Source: an uncultured Candidatus Saccharibacteria bacterium (lineage in GTDB: Bacteria; Patescibacteriota; Minisyncoccia; UBA6257; 2-01-FULL-56-20). Taken from it: a stretch of DNA of 64,000 nucleotides. The stretch covers positions 9,009 to 73,008 of the forward strand of contig CAYOEP010000001.1 of assembly GCA_964403045.1 (NCBI GenBank). Reading direction: 5' to 3'. Of the stretch, positions 28,628-38,973 are shown one piece after another; position 1 is the first letter of the stretch, and every line of letters starts with the position of its first letter. Below the pieces are notes generated by a model that saw nothing but the letters and a program-made list of their open reading frames with translations, was not told the origin of the DNA and searched no databases. The translations under genes were made by a program, and so were the position numbers.

Positions 28628-30496
28628 TTACCGCACGGCAACAGTTACGGGCTTGATGCGGAAGGGCTTGAGAAGTGCGTAGAACTCGTCCTGTTCAATA
28701 GTTTCCTTTTCGATGAGGGTAGTGGCAATCTTCTTGAGTGCCCGTTTGTGCTTGGTGAGGACTTTCTTGGCGACTTCGTATGCCTTGAGAATAAATTTTT
28801 GCACTTCCTTGTCGATAATTGCTGCAGTATGTTCTGAATAATTTTTCTCAGTTGCAATTTCTCTTCCGAGAAAGAGGAGTTCGTCCGTTTTGCCAAAGGT
28901 AATAGGGCCGAGCGTCTCGCTCATGCCATAGCGGGTTACGAGCTTCCGCGCAAGCTCTGATGCCTCTCGCAAGTCATTGGAGGCGCCGGTACTCACATCT
29001 CCAAAAGTGATTTTCTCTGCGGCATAGCCGCCCAGCATCACGGCAAGCTCGCTGAGAAACTGCGCGCGGGTGCGCAGACGCCGTTCTTCGGAGGGAAGCT
29101 TGAGTGTGTAGCCGCCTGCCATGCCGCGGCTGATGATGGTGACTTTCCTGACAGGATCAGAATCTTTGAGCGAGGCGGCGACGAGCGCGTGCCCCCCTTC
29201 GTGGTAGGCGGTGATTTCTTTTTCTCTTGGCGAGATGACGCGACTGCGCCGCTCAGGGCCGAGAAGCACTTTGTCAATGGACTCCAGAATATCTTCTTGG
29301 GAAATATATTTTTTGTTCCGCCGCGCGGCAAGAATTGCTGCTTCATTCATAAGATTGGCAAGGTCTGCGCCGGAGAATCCAGGCGTGCGGATAGCAATTT
29401 GCTTGAGATCAACGCTCGGTCCAAGGGTTTTGCCGCGGCTATGGATGACAAGGATTGCCTCGCGCTCTTTGATGTCGGGAAGGTCGAGTACTACTCTTCG
29501 GTCGAAGCGGCCGGGGCGGAGGAGTGCAGGATCGAGTACGTCGGGGCGGTTGGTAGCGGCGAGCACGATGACTCGGGTATCGCGGTCAAATCCGTCAAGC
29601 TCCACGAGTATTTGGTTGAGGGTTTGCTCACGCTCGTCGTTGCCGCCGCCGAGCCCTGCACCTCGCTGTCGCCCCACAGCGTCGATTTCGTCGATAAAAA
29701 GAATAGCGGGCGCCGCGCGCTTTGCAGTTGCAAAGGCATCACGAATGCGCGCCGCGCCAACCCCGACGAACATTTCCACAAACTCTGAAGCAGAGGTATG
29801 GAAGAACGGCACATTGCTTTCTCCCGCGACTGCCCGGGCGAGGAGCGTTTTGCCTGTTCCCGGAGGGCCGACGAGGAGCACGCCGCGGGGAATCTTTGCT
29901 CCCATCTCGAGGAATTTTTTGGGATTTTTCAGAAATTCTACTATCTCTTGGAGCTCCTCTTTGGCTTCTTTGAGGCCTGCGACATCCTTAAAGCTCACTT
30001 TTTCTTTTGAGGGCGAGGAGAGGCGAATGCGCGAGCGCCCGAAGGTGAATGCTTGGTTTACCCCTGTCTTTGCTTGACGAAACATAAACCAAAAGATGCC
30101 GAGGATGATAAGGAGCGGGAAAATGGTGGGGATGAGGATGCTCGCCCAGAACCGAAAGCCTGTCTGGTCTTCTACTGCAATTTCGACGTCCTGTATTGTT
30201 TCGGGGAGTACACCGAGATTCACGAGGGTTTCCGTAAGTCCTGTCTCGAGCTCTTTTTTGGAAATGAGTTGATCACCGCCCTTCAGGGTAATAAGGAGAG
30301 TTTCTCCTTTGATCACAATAGACTCTACTTTCCCCGCGTTAATTTCTTTGGCGAGGCGATTCAGTGAGATTTGTTCTGGTTTGCCGGCTTCCACGAAAAG
30401 CGAGAGGAGCATGGAGAAGAGAATTAAAAAAAGAATTGCTCCTAGGAGGCTCTGCATCACGCTGTTGCGGGGGCGCTTTCGAAAGATATGCTTCAT
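28628..30496 (-). CDS. ftsH: ATP-dependent zinc metalloprotease FtsH
   Basis: Two N-terminal TM helices, AAA+ Walker [21 protein letters not shown], and the zinc site HEGGHAL. Confidence 0.95.
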   Translation of the reverse strand: MKHIFRKRPRNSVMQSLLGAILFLILFSMLLSLFVEAGKPEQISLNRLAKEINAGKVESIVIKGETLLITLKGGDQLISKKELETGLTETLVNLGVLPETIQDVEIAVEDQTGFRFWASILIPTIFPLLIILGIFWFMFRQAKTGVNQAFTFGRSRIRLSSPSKEKVSFKDVAGLKEAKEELQEIVEFLKNPKKFLEMGAKIPRGVLLVGPPGTGKTLLARAVAGESNVPFFHTSASEFVEMFVGVGAARIRDAFATAKRAAPAILFIDEIDAVGRQRGAGLGGGNDEREQTLNQILVELDGFDRDTRVIVLAATNRPDVLDPALLRPGRFDRRVVLDLPDIKEREAILVIHSRGKTLGPSVDLKQIAIRTPGFSGADLANLMNEAAILAARRNKKYISQEDILESIDKVLLGPERRSRVISPREKEITAYHEGGHALVAASLKDSDPVRKVTIISRGMAGGYTLKLPSEERRLRTRAQFLSELAVMLGGYAAEKITFGDVSTGASNDLREASELARKLVTRYGMSETLGPITFGKTDELLFLGREIATEKNYSEHTAAIIDKEVQKFILKAYEVAKKVLTKHKRALKKIATTLIEKETIEQDEFYALLKPFRIKPVTVAVR

Positions 30497-30592
30497 ACCG
30501 ATTTATTGTAGGCGAGAAAGAGAAGATGGTCAAAGCATTGGTGCGACGGCAAGCTTGCAAAAAGAGGAAAATTCGGTAAGGTGAGGAGGAAT

Positions 30593-30666
30593 GGTGCCCG
30601 TAGCTCAATTGGCAGAGCACCAGATTGTGGCTCTGGTGGTTGCCGGTTCAAGTCCGGTCGGGCACC
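30593..30666 (+). tRNA. tRNA-His (anticodon GTG) with encoded G-1
   Basis: An extra 5' G pairs with discriminator C73. Anticodon stem CCAGA/TCTGG with loop TTGTGGC, T-loop TTCAAGT. CCA is not fully encoded. Confidence 0.75.
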
Positions 30667-30716
30667 CAGGCGGTGCGCTTTGGGGAATATGGGAATATTG
30701 ATGCGTTTATGGTAAT

Positions 30717-31559
30717 GTGAAGGGGAGTATGAGAAAGAAAAGAGCTGGATTTCTCAATGTAATAGCAGGAGTAGTGGTGGCGATCGTTGCCCTCGGGATG
30801 GTTGGTGTCTATGTTGCGAGGAATGTTGCGTTCCAAAGCAAAAGCGCAAGTAGCCAACCTGCTTCTCGCTTGGGCGCGGGCACGAATGAGCATTCTGGAG
30901 TCAACAAGCTTCCCCTCCAGGGGAGCAGCAAGAAAGAGCCACCAGCACTGGCAATCAAAATACTTTCTCCTCGTGAAGGAGAAAAGTGGCGCGCGGGCAG
31001 CGCCCACACAATTCGGTGGATGGCGCCCTCGGAAAAAGTGCGCGCGGTCAATATTTCCGTGGAGTTTACAGTTCTTTGTCCCGAAGTCGCCTCATCGGAC
31101 TGCAAGACGGAGAGAAAATCTCTAGAGATTGCGCGCGGTGTACCAAATAGCGGTTTCTACGACTGGAAAGTGCGTCAGGTAGGTGCGTTTCCGAAGATTC
31201 ATATTGAAGGCTTGTCGGAAGCAGGCGAAATGCTCGCCCGCGCGACGAGTGGTGAGTTTAAGATTCTCTCGCCCCCGCAAACGGTAGTAGTGGAGATAGG
31301 TAGCACGGATGTGGTTCCGGCTACAGCGTATCTTCGCGAGGGAGATGCGGTGCAGTTTTTCAATAATGGAAAAAGGGTAGTGCACCTTACCTTCCAAGCG
31401 CGCACCGAAAGCCCGATCCCTCCAGGGCTGGAGCAGCCGATAGCTATCCCTCCTCATGAGTCGTATATCGCTACATTCCCGGTGGCAGGGGAATGGAAAT
31501 TTTGGGACCCTGCGGATGCAAATATTCAGGGAATGATTGTCGCTCGCAAGGAAGGGTAG
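30717..31559 (+). CDS. Membrane-anchored extracytoplasmic protein (hypothetical)
   Basis: N-terminal TM (FLNVIAGVVVAIVALGMVGVYVA), then a beta-rich region with two Cys. Confidence 0.4.
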   Translation: MKGSMRKKRAGFLNVIAGVVVAIVALGMVGVYVARNVAFQSKSASSQPASRLGAGTNEHSGVNKLPLQGSSKKEPPALAIKILSPREGEKWRAGSAHTIRWMAPSEKVRAVNISVEFTVLCPEVASSDCKTERKSLEIARGVPNSGFYDWKVRQVGAFPKIHIEGLSEAGEMLARATSGEFKILSPPQTVVVEIGSTDVVPATAYLREGDAVQFFNNGKRVVHLTFQARTESPIPPGLEQPIAIPPHESYIATFPVAGEWKFWDPADANIQGMIVARKEG

Positions 31560-31661
31560 GCGCGTAGCCCGGCTTTTGTGGCAGTGGCGAGCGGGGTGCT
31601 CGCGTGCGGTTTTTCTGGAGAGTGGACAGAGGAGAAGAGAGTGTGCTACAATAGGCGCGCT

Positions 31662-32426
31662 ATGGAACAACATTCATCACCGTCCGCAGCAAGCGTATAC
31701 GCGCTTCCCGCCGCGATTGTGCTTGCGGGCGCACTTATTGCGGGAGCAGTGCTCTACACAGGGGCACATTCTTCATCTCCTGCCCTGACAGGAAATGTCG
31801 CCGCAGTCGCGGGGACTGCAGGAAAAACGGCAGGGCAAAGAGGCGCCCCCCAGCCTTCCCCATCTCCAGCGCTAGACGGCTTGCGGAAGGTTACGAAGGC
31901 GGACCATATACGAGGCAGTGTCAGCGCGCCGGTAAAAGTTGTTGAATTCTCTGATATGGATTGTCCTTTCTGCGCCCGGTTTCATCCCACGATGCAGCGT
32001 ATTATGCAGGAGTACAAGGGGAAGGTTGCATGGGTTTATCGCCACTACCCACTTGATAGCCTGCACCCTGGTGCCCGCCCCGCGGCAGAAGCAGCAGAAT
32101 GTGTGGCGGAGCAGAAGGGCAATGACGGTTTTTGGCAGTATGCGGACAAGTACTTTGCAGCACGGTCTTCCGGCCAGCAGCCTGACCTAGATAAGCTTGC
32201 TATGGAAGTTGGCGTCAATATGGATCAGTTCTCGAAGTGCCGCAGTTCACGGAAATATGCAAAGCGGGTACAGGAGGACGCGGACGATGCGACGGCGTCG
32301 GGCGCGCGGGGAACGCCCTACAGCGTGGTGATTGCGCCGAACGGGCAGAAGTTTTCGTTGAACGGCGCGCAGCCCTATGAAGCAGTACGCCGGATGATTG
32401 ACGCAGCACTCAAGCTTACGAAGTAA
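31662..32426 (+). CDS. dsbA: DsbA-family thiol:disulfide oxidoreductase (membrane-anchored)
   Basis: The CPFC active site (DMDCPFCARFHP) in a thioredoxin-fold context, with an N-terminal TM. Confidence 0.8.
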   Translation: MEQHSSPSAASVYALPAAIVLAGALIAGAVLYTGAHSSSPALTGNVAAVAGTAGKTAGQRGAPQPSPSPALDGLRKVTKADHIRGSVSAPVKVVEFSDMDCPFCARFHPTMQRIMQEYKGKVAWVYRHYPLDSLHPGARPAAEAAECVAEQKGNDGFWQYADKYFAARSSGQQPDLDKLAMEVGVNMDQFSKCRSSRKYAKRVQEDADDATASGARGTPYSVVIAPNGQKFSLNGAQPYEAVRRMIDAALKLTK

Positions 32427-32992
32427 TGAGAAAAAGAATTTCCGCATTGCGGAAAATATTGCGAACACCCCGTTACGCGGTAGCGGCGGGAGGGCTTGCC
32501 GCGGCGCTGTTTATTTTTCTCGCGTTAATGAAAAACTTTCGCGTGCTAGGGGAAACAGCGTCTTCGCCCGCATTTTCATTTTCTGAGTGGCTTGGACTTG
32601 TGTGGGATTTGCTGCGGGGAGGAGTAATGAATTTGGGGTGGTTTGGATTGTTGCTGTCAGGAACGATGTCGATGCTGTTCGGGATCAATATCGCAGTGCT
32701 GTGGTATGTGCGCGCGGCGAACAAGAAACTTCGGGCGAAAGGAAGCACCGCGGCACTGGGCGGCACGATTGCGGGAATTTTGGGAGTGGGATGCGCATCT
32801 TGTGGGTCCATTCTTCTTACTTCAATCCTTGCTTCATTCGGCGCGACGGGGCTGATTGCCCTGTTTCCGTTGCGGGGGCAGGAATTTGCCATTGCGAGCA
32901 TCGTCCTTCTGCTGATTTCGCTCTCCGGGCTCCTGAAAAGCGCTGCGCTCCCGCCGGGAGTATGTGCGGTTCCCTCGCGGAAATCGGTATAG
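32426..32992 (+). CDS. Four-TM membrane protein with intramembrane CxxC (putative redox partner of DsbA)
   Basis: GVGCASCGS lies inside the predicted TM3; the start overlaps the dsbA stop. Confidence 0.45.
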   Translation: MRKRISALRKILRTPRYAVAAGGLAAALFIFLALMKNFRVLGETASSPAFSFSEWLGLVWDLLRGGVMNLGWFGLLLSGTMSMLFGINIAVLWYVRAANKKLRAKGSTAALGGTIAGILGVGCASCGSILLTSILASFGATGLIALFPLRGQEFAIASIVLLLISLSGLLKSAALPPGVCAVPSRKSV

Positions 32993-33019
32993 CGCTGGAT
33001 TTGTGCTATTCTAGAAGGA

Positions 33020-34672
33020 GTGGATATTGCGCAAGAAATTCGCGGCATTGTTCGCGGCGAGGTTACCTCGCGAGAAGAAGATTTGCAGCATTACAGCAGG
33101 GACGCGAGCTTATTTCGGGTCACTCCTTCGCTGGTGGTCTTCCCTCGTGATGCTGCAGACATTAAGGCGCTGGTGCACTTCGTGGCAGCCCACAAGCGGC
33201 GAATGCCTTCGTTATCGCTGACCGCCCGCGCCGCAGGCACAGATATGACCGGCGGCCCCTTGTCAGATTCTATCGTGGTGGATACTACAAAGTACTTGCA
33301 CCACTTGAAAGAATTGAATGCGGAGAAGAAGTATGTGGTGGTTGAGCCGGGCCTTCCCTACCGCGAGATGGAGCGGGAAACTTTAAAGCATCATCTTATT
33401 TTCCCCTCTTACCCTGCCTCGAAAAACCTTTGCGCGCTTGGCGGAATCGTGAACAACAATTCCGGCGGCGAGCGCTCCCTTGTGTACGGCAAGACTGAGG
33501 ATTATGTAGAGTCGGTCAATATGGTGCTCGCGGACGGGAACGAATACCAGTTTGCCAAATTGTCCCGCAGGGAGTTGGAGAAAAAAATGCGGCAGCAAAA
33601 TTTTGAGGGGAAAGTATATCGTGAGATGTTCCAGCTTGTGGAGGAACACTATGAAGAAGTAAAACGCGCCCGTCCCAATGTTTCCAAAAATTCTACCGGC
33701 TACAATATTTGGTCAGTATGGGACGGGGAGCATTTTGACCTCAGTAAAATTTTTGTGGGAGCGCAGGGAACGCTCGGCATTATGACGGAAGCGCGACTTC
33801 GGCTCGTTCCCACAAGGCCCTATCGTGGAATGCTAGTGGTATTCCTGAACGACTTCCGCAATGTGGGCGAGGTGGTGACGGCAGTGCTGCCGCACAAGCC
33901 CGCCGCGTTCGAATCATTCGACGATCATACCCTGCGCCTCGCACTCAAGTTTCTGCCGGAATTTATGCAGCTCCTCAAGCCAAAGAACCTTTTCGCGCTC
34001 GCGCTCCAGTTCCTCCCGGAATTTCTCATCATCCTCCGCCATTTGAAGATGCCGAAGCTCGTGCTCCTCATTGAGTTTGAAGGGAAAAGCCACCATGAGG
34101 TGATGGAGCGCATTGAGGACACGAAGAAGTCGCTGGAAAAGTTTCCCGCAACGGTGCGGGTGGCGGCGAACAGGAAAGAATCGGAGAAGTATTGGGCAAT
34201 TCGGAGGGAGAGCTTCAATCTCCTCCGCCGCAAGGTGCGAGGGAAGCATGCGGCTCCATTTGTGGACGACATTATCGTGCGCCCCGAATTTCTCCCCGAA
34301 TTTCTCCCCAGGCTTTATGCGATTCTCGACCGCTATCAGCTGCTCTACACCATCGCAGGGCACGTGGGGAACGGCAATTTCCACATCATCCCCCTTATGG
34401 ATTTGAGGCAAAAATCGGAGCGGGAAAAAATCCCCCGAGTGTCGAAGGAAGTTTACAAATTAGTACTCCACTATGGCGGGTCGCTTTCCGCAGAGCACAA
34501 CGATGGGCTTATTAGAGGACCCTATCTGCAGCAGATGTACGGCCGTAAGGTTTTTGATATGTTCGTGCGGGTGAAAAAGATTTTTGATCCGCAAGGGATT
34601 TTTAATCCCAGAAAGAAAACGGGAGCAAGCCTGCGATACGCAATGGCGCACATTCGCAAGGACGAGCCCTAA
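33020..34672 (+). CDS. FAD-linked oxidase (GlcD/D-lactate dehydrogenase-like)
   Basis: PCMH-type FAD-binding N-terminal domain (VVFPRDAADIKALVHFVAAH...ARAAGTDMTGG...VVDT) and a C-terminal FAD-oxidase domain. Confidence 0.8.
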   Translation: MDIAQEIRGIVRGEVTSREEDLQHYSRDASLFRVTPSLVVFPRDAADIKALVHFVAAHKRRMPSLSLTARAAGTDMTGGPLSDSIVVDTTKYLHHLKELNAEKKYVVVEPGLPYREMERETLKHHLIFPSYPASKNLCALGGIVNNNSGGERSLVYGKTEDYVESVNMVLADGNEYQFAKLSRRELEKKMRQQNFEGKVYREMFQLVEEHYEEVKRARPNVSKNSTGYNIWSVWDGEHFDLSKIFVGAQGTLGIMTEARLRLVPTRPYRGMLVVFLNDFRNVGEVVTAVLPHKPAAFESFDDHTLRLALKFLPEFMQLLKPKNLFALALQFLPEFLIILRHLKMPKLVLLIEFEGKSHHEVMERIEDTKKSLEKFPATVRVAANRKESEKYWAIRRESFNLLRRKVRGKHAAPFVDDIIVRPEFLPEFLPRLYAILDRYQLLYTIAGHVGNGNFHIIPLMDLRQKSEREKIPRVSKEVYKLVLHYGGSLSAEHNDGLIRGPYLQQMYGRKVFDMFVRVKKIFDPQGIFNPRKKTGASLRYAMAHIRKDEP

Positions 34673-34714
34673 CATTGCGGGCACGCCAGGCGTCGCGTAT
34701 AATAAAACTATTCT

Positions 34715-35398
34715 ATGCTGCTCTCCCGCGACGCAATTTTACGGCATATGCAGGAAGGGAACATCATTATTGATCCCTTCGACGAACGCAAGCTTAACAC
34801 GGCAAGCTATGATGTGACGCTGGGTCCGTGGTATTGGCGCGAGAAGCATCCCACCGGCAGGGCGGCAGTGCATAATCTTTACGATGAACGCTCGACCAAG
34901 CTGGTCTGGGAGGGGCCCTTTGAGGCGGAACCGGTCGAGGAGGTAGAGAAAAAGATTGAGCAAGAGCTCAAGAATGTTCCCCGCAATGCGCGCATTATCC
35001 TTCTTGGACCCGGCGAGACAATTCTCGCTCATACCGAGGAGTACATCGGCGGGCGCAACTGCTGTGTGGGGAAAATGTACGCCCGCTCTTCGTTGGGAAG
35101 GAATTTTGTGGAAGTGTGCAAGGATGCGGGATGGGGCGATGTGGGGTATTTCAATCGCTGGACGATGGAGGTGACCAACAATTCACAGCATTTCTATATT
35201 CCGCTTGTAGTCGGGCGGAGGATTGCCCAGATGGTATTCTACGAGGTGGAGCCTATCACCCAGCGCGAAGGGGATTATGTGAAGGAAGGAGGGAAATATC
35301 AGGTTGCAAGCGAGCTTGAGGAATTGAAACGCACTTGGAATCCCCATATGATGGTGCCGCAAATGCACCGCGATTGGGAAATAGAGGCGGGAAAATAG
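34715..35398 (+). CDS. dcd: dCTP deaminase-family protein
   Basis: LSRDAILRHMQEGNIIIDPFDERKLNTASYDVTLGPWY matches the dCTP deaminase/dUTPase fold N-terminus. Confidence 0.8.
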   Translation: MLLSRDAILRHMQEGNIIIDPFDERKLNTASYDVTLGPWYWREKHPTGRAAVHNLYDERSTKLVWEGPFEAEPVEEVEKKIEQELKNVPRNARIILLGPGETILAHTEEYIGGRNCCVGKMYARSSLGRNFVEVCKDAGWGDVGYFNRWTMEVTNNSQHFYIPLVVGRRIAQMVFYEVEPITQREGDYVKEGGKYQVASELEELKRTWNPHMMVPQMHRDWEIEAGK

Positions 35399-35407
35399 GA
35401 TCAACTT

Positions 35408-36649
35408 TTGTGTAGAAAGGGCAGCATGCATGACGCGCACATAGCAAGGCTGGTGCGGGCAGAAGCAAGGCGCCAGCGGGAAACACTCAACCTTATTGCT
35501 TCCGAGAATTTTGTCTCTCGGGATGTACTTGCCGCCTTGGGTTCGCCGTTCACCAACAAGTACGCGGAGGGATATCCAGGCGCCCGTTACTACGGCGGCA
35601 ACTGCTACGCGGATGAGCTGGAACGTTTGTGCCAGCGTCGCGCCCTGCGGCTTTTCGGGCTGCGGGAAGAGGAGTGGGGTGTGAACGTCCAGCCGTATTC
35701 CGGATCGCCCGCCAACCTTGCGGTTTATCTGGCACTCGTGCCGCGTGGCGGAAAAATTATGGGAATGCGCCTTGATATGGGAGGCCACCTCACCCACGGC
35801 CATCATGTGAGTGCAACAGGGAAATTTTGGACACCGGTGCACTATGGCGTGAAAAAGGGAACAGAGCGTTTGTGCTACAAGACAATCGCCCGTCTCGCGG
35901 CAGAGGAGAAGCCCAAACTTATTGTGACAGGCTACACCGCCTATCCCCGCAGGATAAATTTCCAAAAGTTCCGCGCTATTGCCGATTCTGTGGGGGCGTT
36001 GCTTTTGGTGGATATGTCCCACATTGCGGGACTGGTGGCGGCGGGAGTGCATCCTTCTCCGTTCCCGTTTGCAGATGTGGTGACCACCACAACGCACAAG
36101 ACGCTTCGCGGCCCGCGCGCCGCGCTGATTTTCGCAAAAAAGGAACTATTGCCCAAGATAAACAAAGCGGTGTTTCCGGGGCTGCAAGGAGGCCCGCATC
36201 TCAACCAGATTGCGGCGGTTGCGGTAGCGCTCCACGAGGCAGGGCAAGCTTCTTTCCGCGCGTACGGGAGACGTGTGGTGCGCAACGCCGCCGCACTCGC
36301 TGCGGCGTTGCAGAAAGAAGGATGGCGCATCGTGACAGGGGGAACTGATACCCATCTCTTGCTTGTCGATGTGGCGGCGCGAGGCATTTCGGGCAAGACA
36401 GCAGAGACGCGCCTTGAGCGTTGCGGAATTGTCGCGAACAAGAACACAATTCCCTATGACTCTCGTGCTCCTGCAGATCCATCGGGCATTCGGCTGGGTA
36501 CAGCATCCCTTACAACTCGGGGAATGGGCGTGCGGGAGATGCGCACTATCGCTATTCTTATCTCGCGTGCGCTGCGGGGCGATCGGGGCATTGCGCAAGA
36601 GGTACGCAAGCTCTGCCGCGCATTTCCCATTCCCGCGCATTTTCGCTAG
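35408..36649 (+). CDS. glyA: Serine hydroxymethyltransferase
   Basis: LIASENFVSRDVLAALGSPFTNKYAEGYPGARYYGG and the PLP-lysine region TTTTHKTLRGPR. The start may be a few codons downstream. Confidence 0.95.
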   Translation: MCRKGSMHDAHIARLVRAEARRQRETLNLIASENFVSRDVLAALGSPFTNKYAEGYPGARYYGGNCYADELERLCQRRALRLFGLREEEWGVNVQPYSGSPANLAVYLALVPRGGKIMGMRLDMGGHLTHGHHVSATGKFWTPVHYGVKKGTERLCYKTIARLAAEEKPKLIVTGYTAYPRRINFQKFRAIADSVGALLLVDMSHIAGLVAAGVHPSPFPFADVVTTTTHKTLRGPRAALIFAKKELLPKINKAVFPGLQGGPHLNQIAAVAVALHEAGQASFRAYGRRVVRNAAALAAALQKEGWRIVTGGTDTHLLLVDVAARGISGKTAETRLERCGIVANKNTIPYDSRAPADPSGIRLGTASLTTRGMGVREMRTIAILISRALRGDRGIAQEVRKLCRAFPIPAHFR

Positions 36650-36657
36650 GATAGAGA

Positions 36658-37494
36658 TTGATGCGAAAGATAGACGGCAAGAAAATCGCGGAGCGCATTC
36701 TGGAAAAGCTTGCGGCAACACCGCCACCGCAAAAAAAATTCCTTGGCGCCGCGCTGGTAGGAAATAATCCTGCCTCCGAGGCGTTCCTGAAGAAAAAACA
36801 AGAGGCGGCGAAGGCGGTGGGCGTGGAGTTTCGCCTCTATCAGTTTCCTGAGGAAATTTCTGGAGACGTATTGCGCAGGAAGGTACGCGAGATTGCACTC
36901 CATACAACCTGTGGGGGGTTCTTGCTACAACTCCCCCTCCCACCGCACATCAATCCCCATTATGTGGCGAACGTTATTCCGAGAGAGAAAGACGTGGATG
37001 TGCTGGGTGAGCGTGCGAGGGGGGCGTTTTATAACGGGAGAAATTCTGTATGCCCTCCTGCCGTAGGAGTGGTAGAGGAGGTACTGAGAGAGGTAGATTG
37101 GCGGCTTGAGGAAAAGCTGCTTGCGGTGGTGGGGCTTGGATTTTTGGTGGGGCGCCCCATCGCGGTATGGGCGATGCGCCGCGCGCGGAACACCCTCCTT
37201 TTTCATAAAGACAGCGACTTCGCCCTCGTTGCCGAGGCGGATTTGGTAGTCACGGGAGTGGGAAAATCAGGAGTGGTACGCCCTGAAATGCTCAGGGAAG
37301 GGGCTGGGGTAATTGATTTTGGCTATGACCAAGGGCGGGGAGATCTCGCGCCGGAATGTTTGTCGACAAACATTGCGTTCTACACCCCTACACCCGGCGG
37401 CACGGGACCGATACTGGTAGCAAAACTGATAGAAAACTTTGTTCTTCTCAACGCGCCTGCGCCCCGCCCAGCGGCGCAAACTCGTGAGAGATAG
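36658..37494 (+). CDS. folD: Bifunctional methylenetetrahydrofolate dehydrogenase/cyclohydrolase
   Basis: IDGKKIAERILEKL at the N-terminus and VVGLGFLVGRPIA/GVVRPEM/TPTPGGTGPI motifs. It carries one copy of the 18-bp palindrome in a loop region (37356-37373). Confidence 0.9.
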   Translation: MMRKIDGKKIAERILEKLAATPPPQKKFLGAALVGNNPASEAFLKKKQEAAKAVGVEFRLYQFPEEISGDVLRRKVREIALHTTCGGFLLQLPLPPHINPHYVANVIPREKDVDVLGERARGAFYNGRNSVCPPAVGVVEEVLREVDWRLEEKLLAVVGLGFLVGRPIAVWAMRRARNTLLFHKDSDFALVAEADLVVTGVGKSGVVRPEMLREGAGVIDFGYDQGRGDLAPECLSTNIAFYTPTPGGTGPILVAKLIENFVLLNAPAPRPAAQTRER

Positions 37495-37499
37495 AAAAG

Positions 37500-37574
37500 G
37501 GTGCGCGCGCCTGGATTCAAACCAGGGACCTTCCGGGTGTAAACCGGACGCTCTTATCACTGAGCTACGCGCGC
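37500..37574 (-). tRNA. tRNA-Val (anticodon TAC)
   Basis: Acceptor GCGCGCG/CGCGCGC, anticodon stem TCCGG/CCGGA with loop TTTACAC, T-loop TTTGAAT. Confidence 0.75.
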
Positions 37575-37690
37575 CTCTCGTAGCTATATATCATTGTGGG
37601 AAAAGAAATGCAAGCAACAGCAAGAATGCTACAATAGAGGAGATGGAATAGGAGGAAAAAGGTCGATATTGTTTTTCTTCACAATATTGT

Positions 37691-38431
37691 ATGTGGGGTT
37701 ATCTTATTGCCATCCCTCTGGTGTTCATAGTTTCTGGGTTGAAGATCGTCAACCAATATGAGCGGGGAGTGGTGCTCACGTTAGGGAAGTACACTTCCAC
37801 GCGGCAGCCGGGGCTCACGTGGATTTTCCCCGCAATCCAGAGGATGCTCAAGGTGGATATGCGGATTAAAGTTATCGATGTGCCGGATCAGGATTGCATG
37901 ACGCAGGATAATGTGTCGGTCAACGTGAATGCGGTTATTTACTACCGTATTGCCTCGGCAGAGAAAGCAGTTCTCGAGGTAGAAAAGTACAAATACGCGG
38001 TTTCTCAACTTGCGCAGACTACAATGCGGGACATAGTTGGAGAGGTTACTCTCGACGATCTTCTTTCGAAGCGTGATGAGATCTCTGCGAAGATTCAGTC
38101 TATTGTTGACAAGGTATCTGATCAATGGGGCGTGAAAGTGCAGTCGGTGGATTTGAAGCATGTGGAATTACCGCGAGAGCTAAAGAGGGTAATGGGAAAG
38201 CAGGCAGAGGCAGAGCGAGAACGCCGTGCGGTGATTTTGAAATCAGAAGGAGAGGTGAAGGCAGCAGCGAATTTGGTAGAAGCTGCGAAGATGCTGGGGA
38301 GTACCCCTGGGGCGCTCCACTTGCGCACACTGCACACCCTCAACGACTTGAGCTCCGATCAGTCAAATACTGTTATCTTTGCAGTGCCACTGGAGGTGCT
38401 TCGGGCATTTGAGAGGGTTGAGAAGAAGTAA
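37691..38431 (+). CDS. SPFH/band-7 (stomatin/prohibitin-like) membrane protein
   Basis: N-terminal TM, then the SPFH core (KIVNQYERGVVLTLGKY...VDMRIKVIDVPDQDCMTQDNVSVNVNAVIYYRI) and a coiled-coil C-terminus. Confidence 0.85.
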   Translation: MWGYLIAIPLVFIVSGLKIVNQYERGVVLTLGKYTSTRQPGLTWIFPAIQRMLKVDMRIKVIDVPDQDCMTQDNVSVNVNAVIYYRIASAEKAVLEVEKYKYAVSQLAQTTMRDIVGEVTLDDLLSKRDEISAKIQSIVDKVSDQWGVKVQSVDLKHVELPRELKRVMGKQAEAERERRAVILKSEGEVKAAANLVEAAKMLGSTPGALHLRTLHTLNDLSSDQSNTVIFAVPLEVLRAFERVEKK

Positions 38432-38685
38432 AAAGCAAAGAGGGACAGCGGGAATTTGTCATGCTGCAGTTGCAAAACTCCGCTTGGGTTTTGTTGGCAA
38501 CAATCTGCACCTGTGAGAGCGCAGAGTCATTAGCGGACTACAATTACTGAACGCCGCTTGAACTTTCTTTGAGTGGTAATCCGCCTCCTGATGGGTAGGG
38601 AGTTGCCCAGTGGCGGCGCCAAGCCGACCAAACGGCTGAGCGGAGAGGGTAAGTAATCGCTTCCAAATTTTCAAAATGCCTTGAA

Positions 38686-38759
38686 TGGTCGGGCCGCCGA
38701 GATTCGAACTCGGGCTACATGCTCCCAAAGCATGCGTGCTGCCATTACACCACGGCCCG
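38686..38759 (-). tRNA. tRNA-Pro (anticodon TGG)
   Basis: Acceptor CGGGCCG/CGGCCCG, anticodon stem CATGC/GCATG with loop TTTGGGA, T-loop TTCGAAT, CCA encoded. Confidence 0.75.
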
Positions 38760-38803
38760 CGGCCTTCACATTAGCGCATCTTTTCGCTAGAATCAACGCC
38801 GAA

Positions 38804-38875
38804 GCCCCCGTAGCTCAATGGACAGAGCAGCGGCCTTCTAAGCCGTTGATGCGGGTTCGATTCCTGCCGGGGGTG
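38804..38875 (+). tRNA. tRNA-Arg (anticodon TCT)
   Basis: Acceptor GCCCCCG/CGGGGGT (G1-U72 wobble), anticodon stem GCGGC/GCCGT with loop CTTCTAA, T-loop TTCGATT. Confidence 0.65.
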
Positions 38876-38973
38876 CAGGAAGTTGAGGTTGACAGTTCTA
38901 ATGCTGTGGCATTGAATAGGGAGGCAACTACGGCGTTCGTTGACAACTTTATTCTTATTAAAGGAGGTGCGGA

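Noticed and set aside
38459-38728. 89-aa ORF on the minus strand
   Set aside because: It overlaps tRNA-Pro (38686-38759) and has no start context; its sequence is low-complexity.
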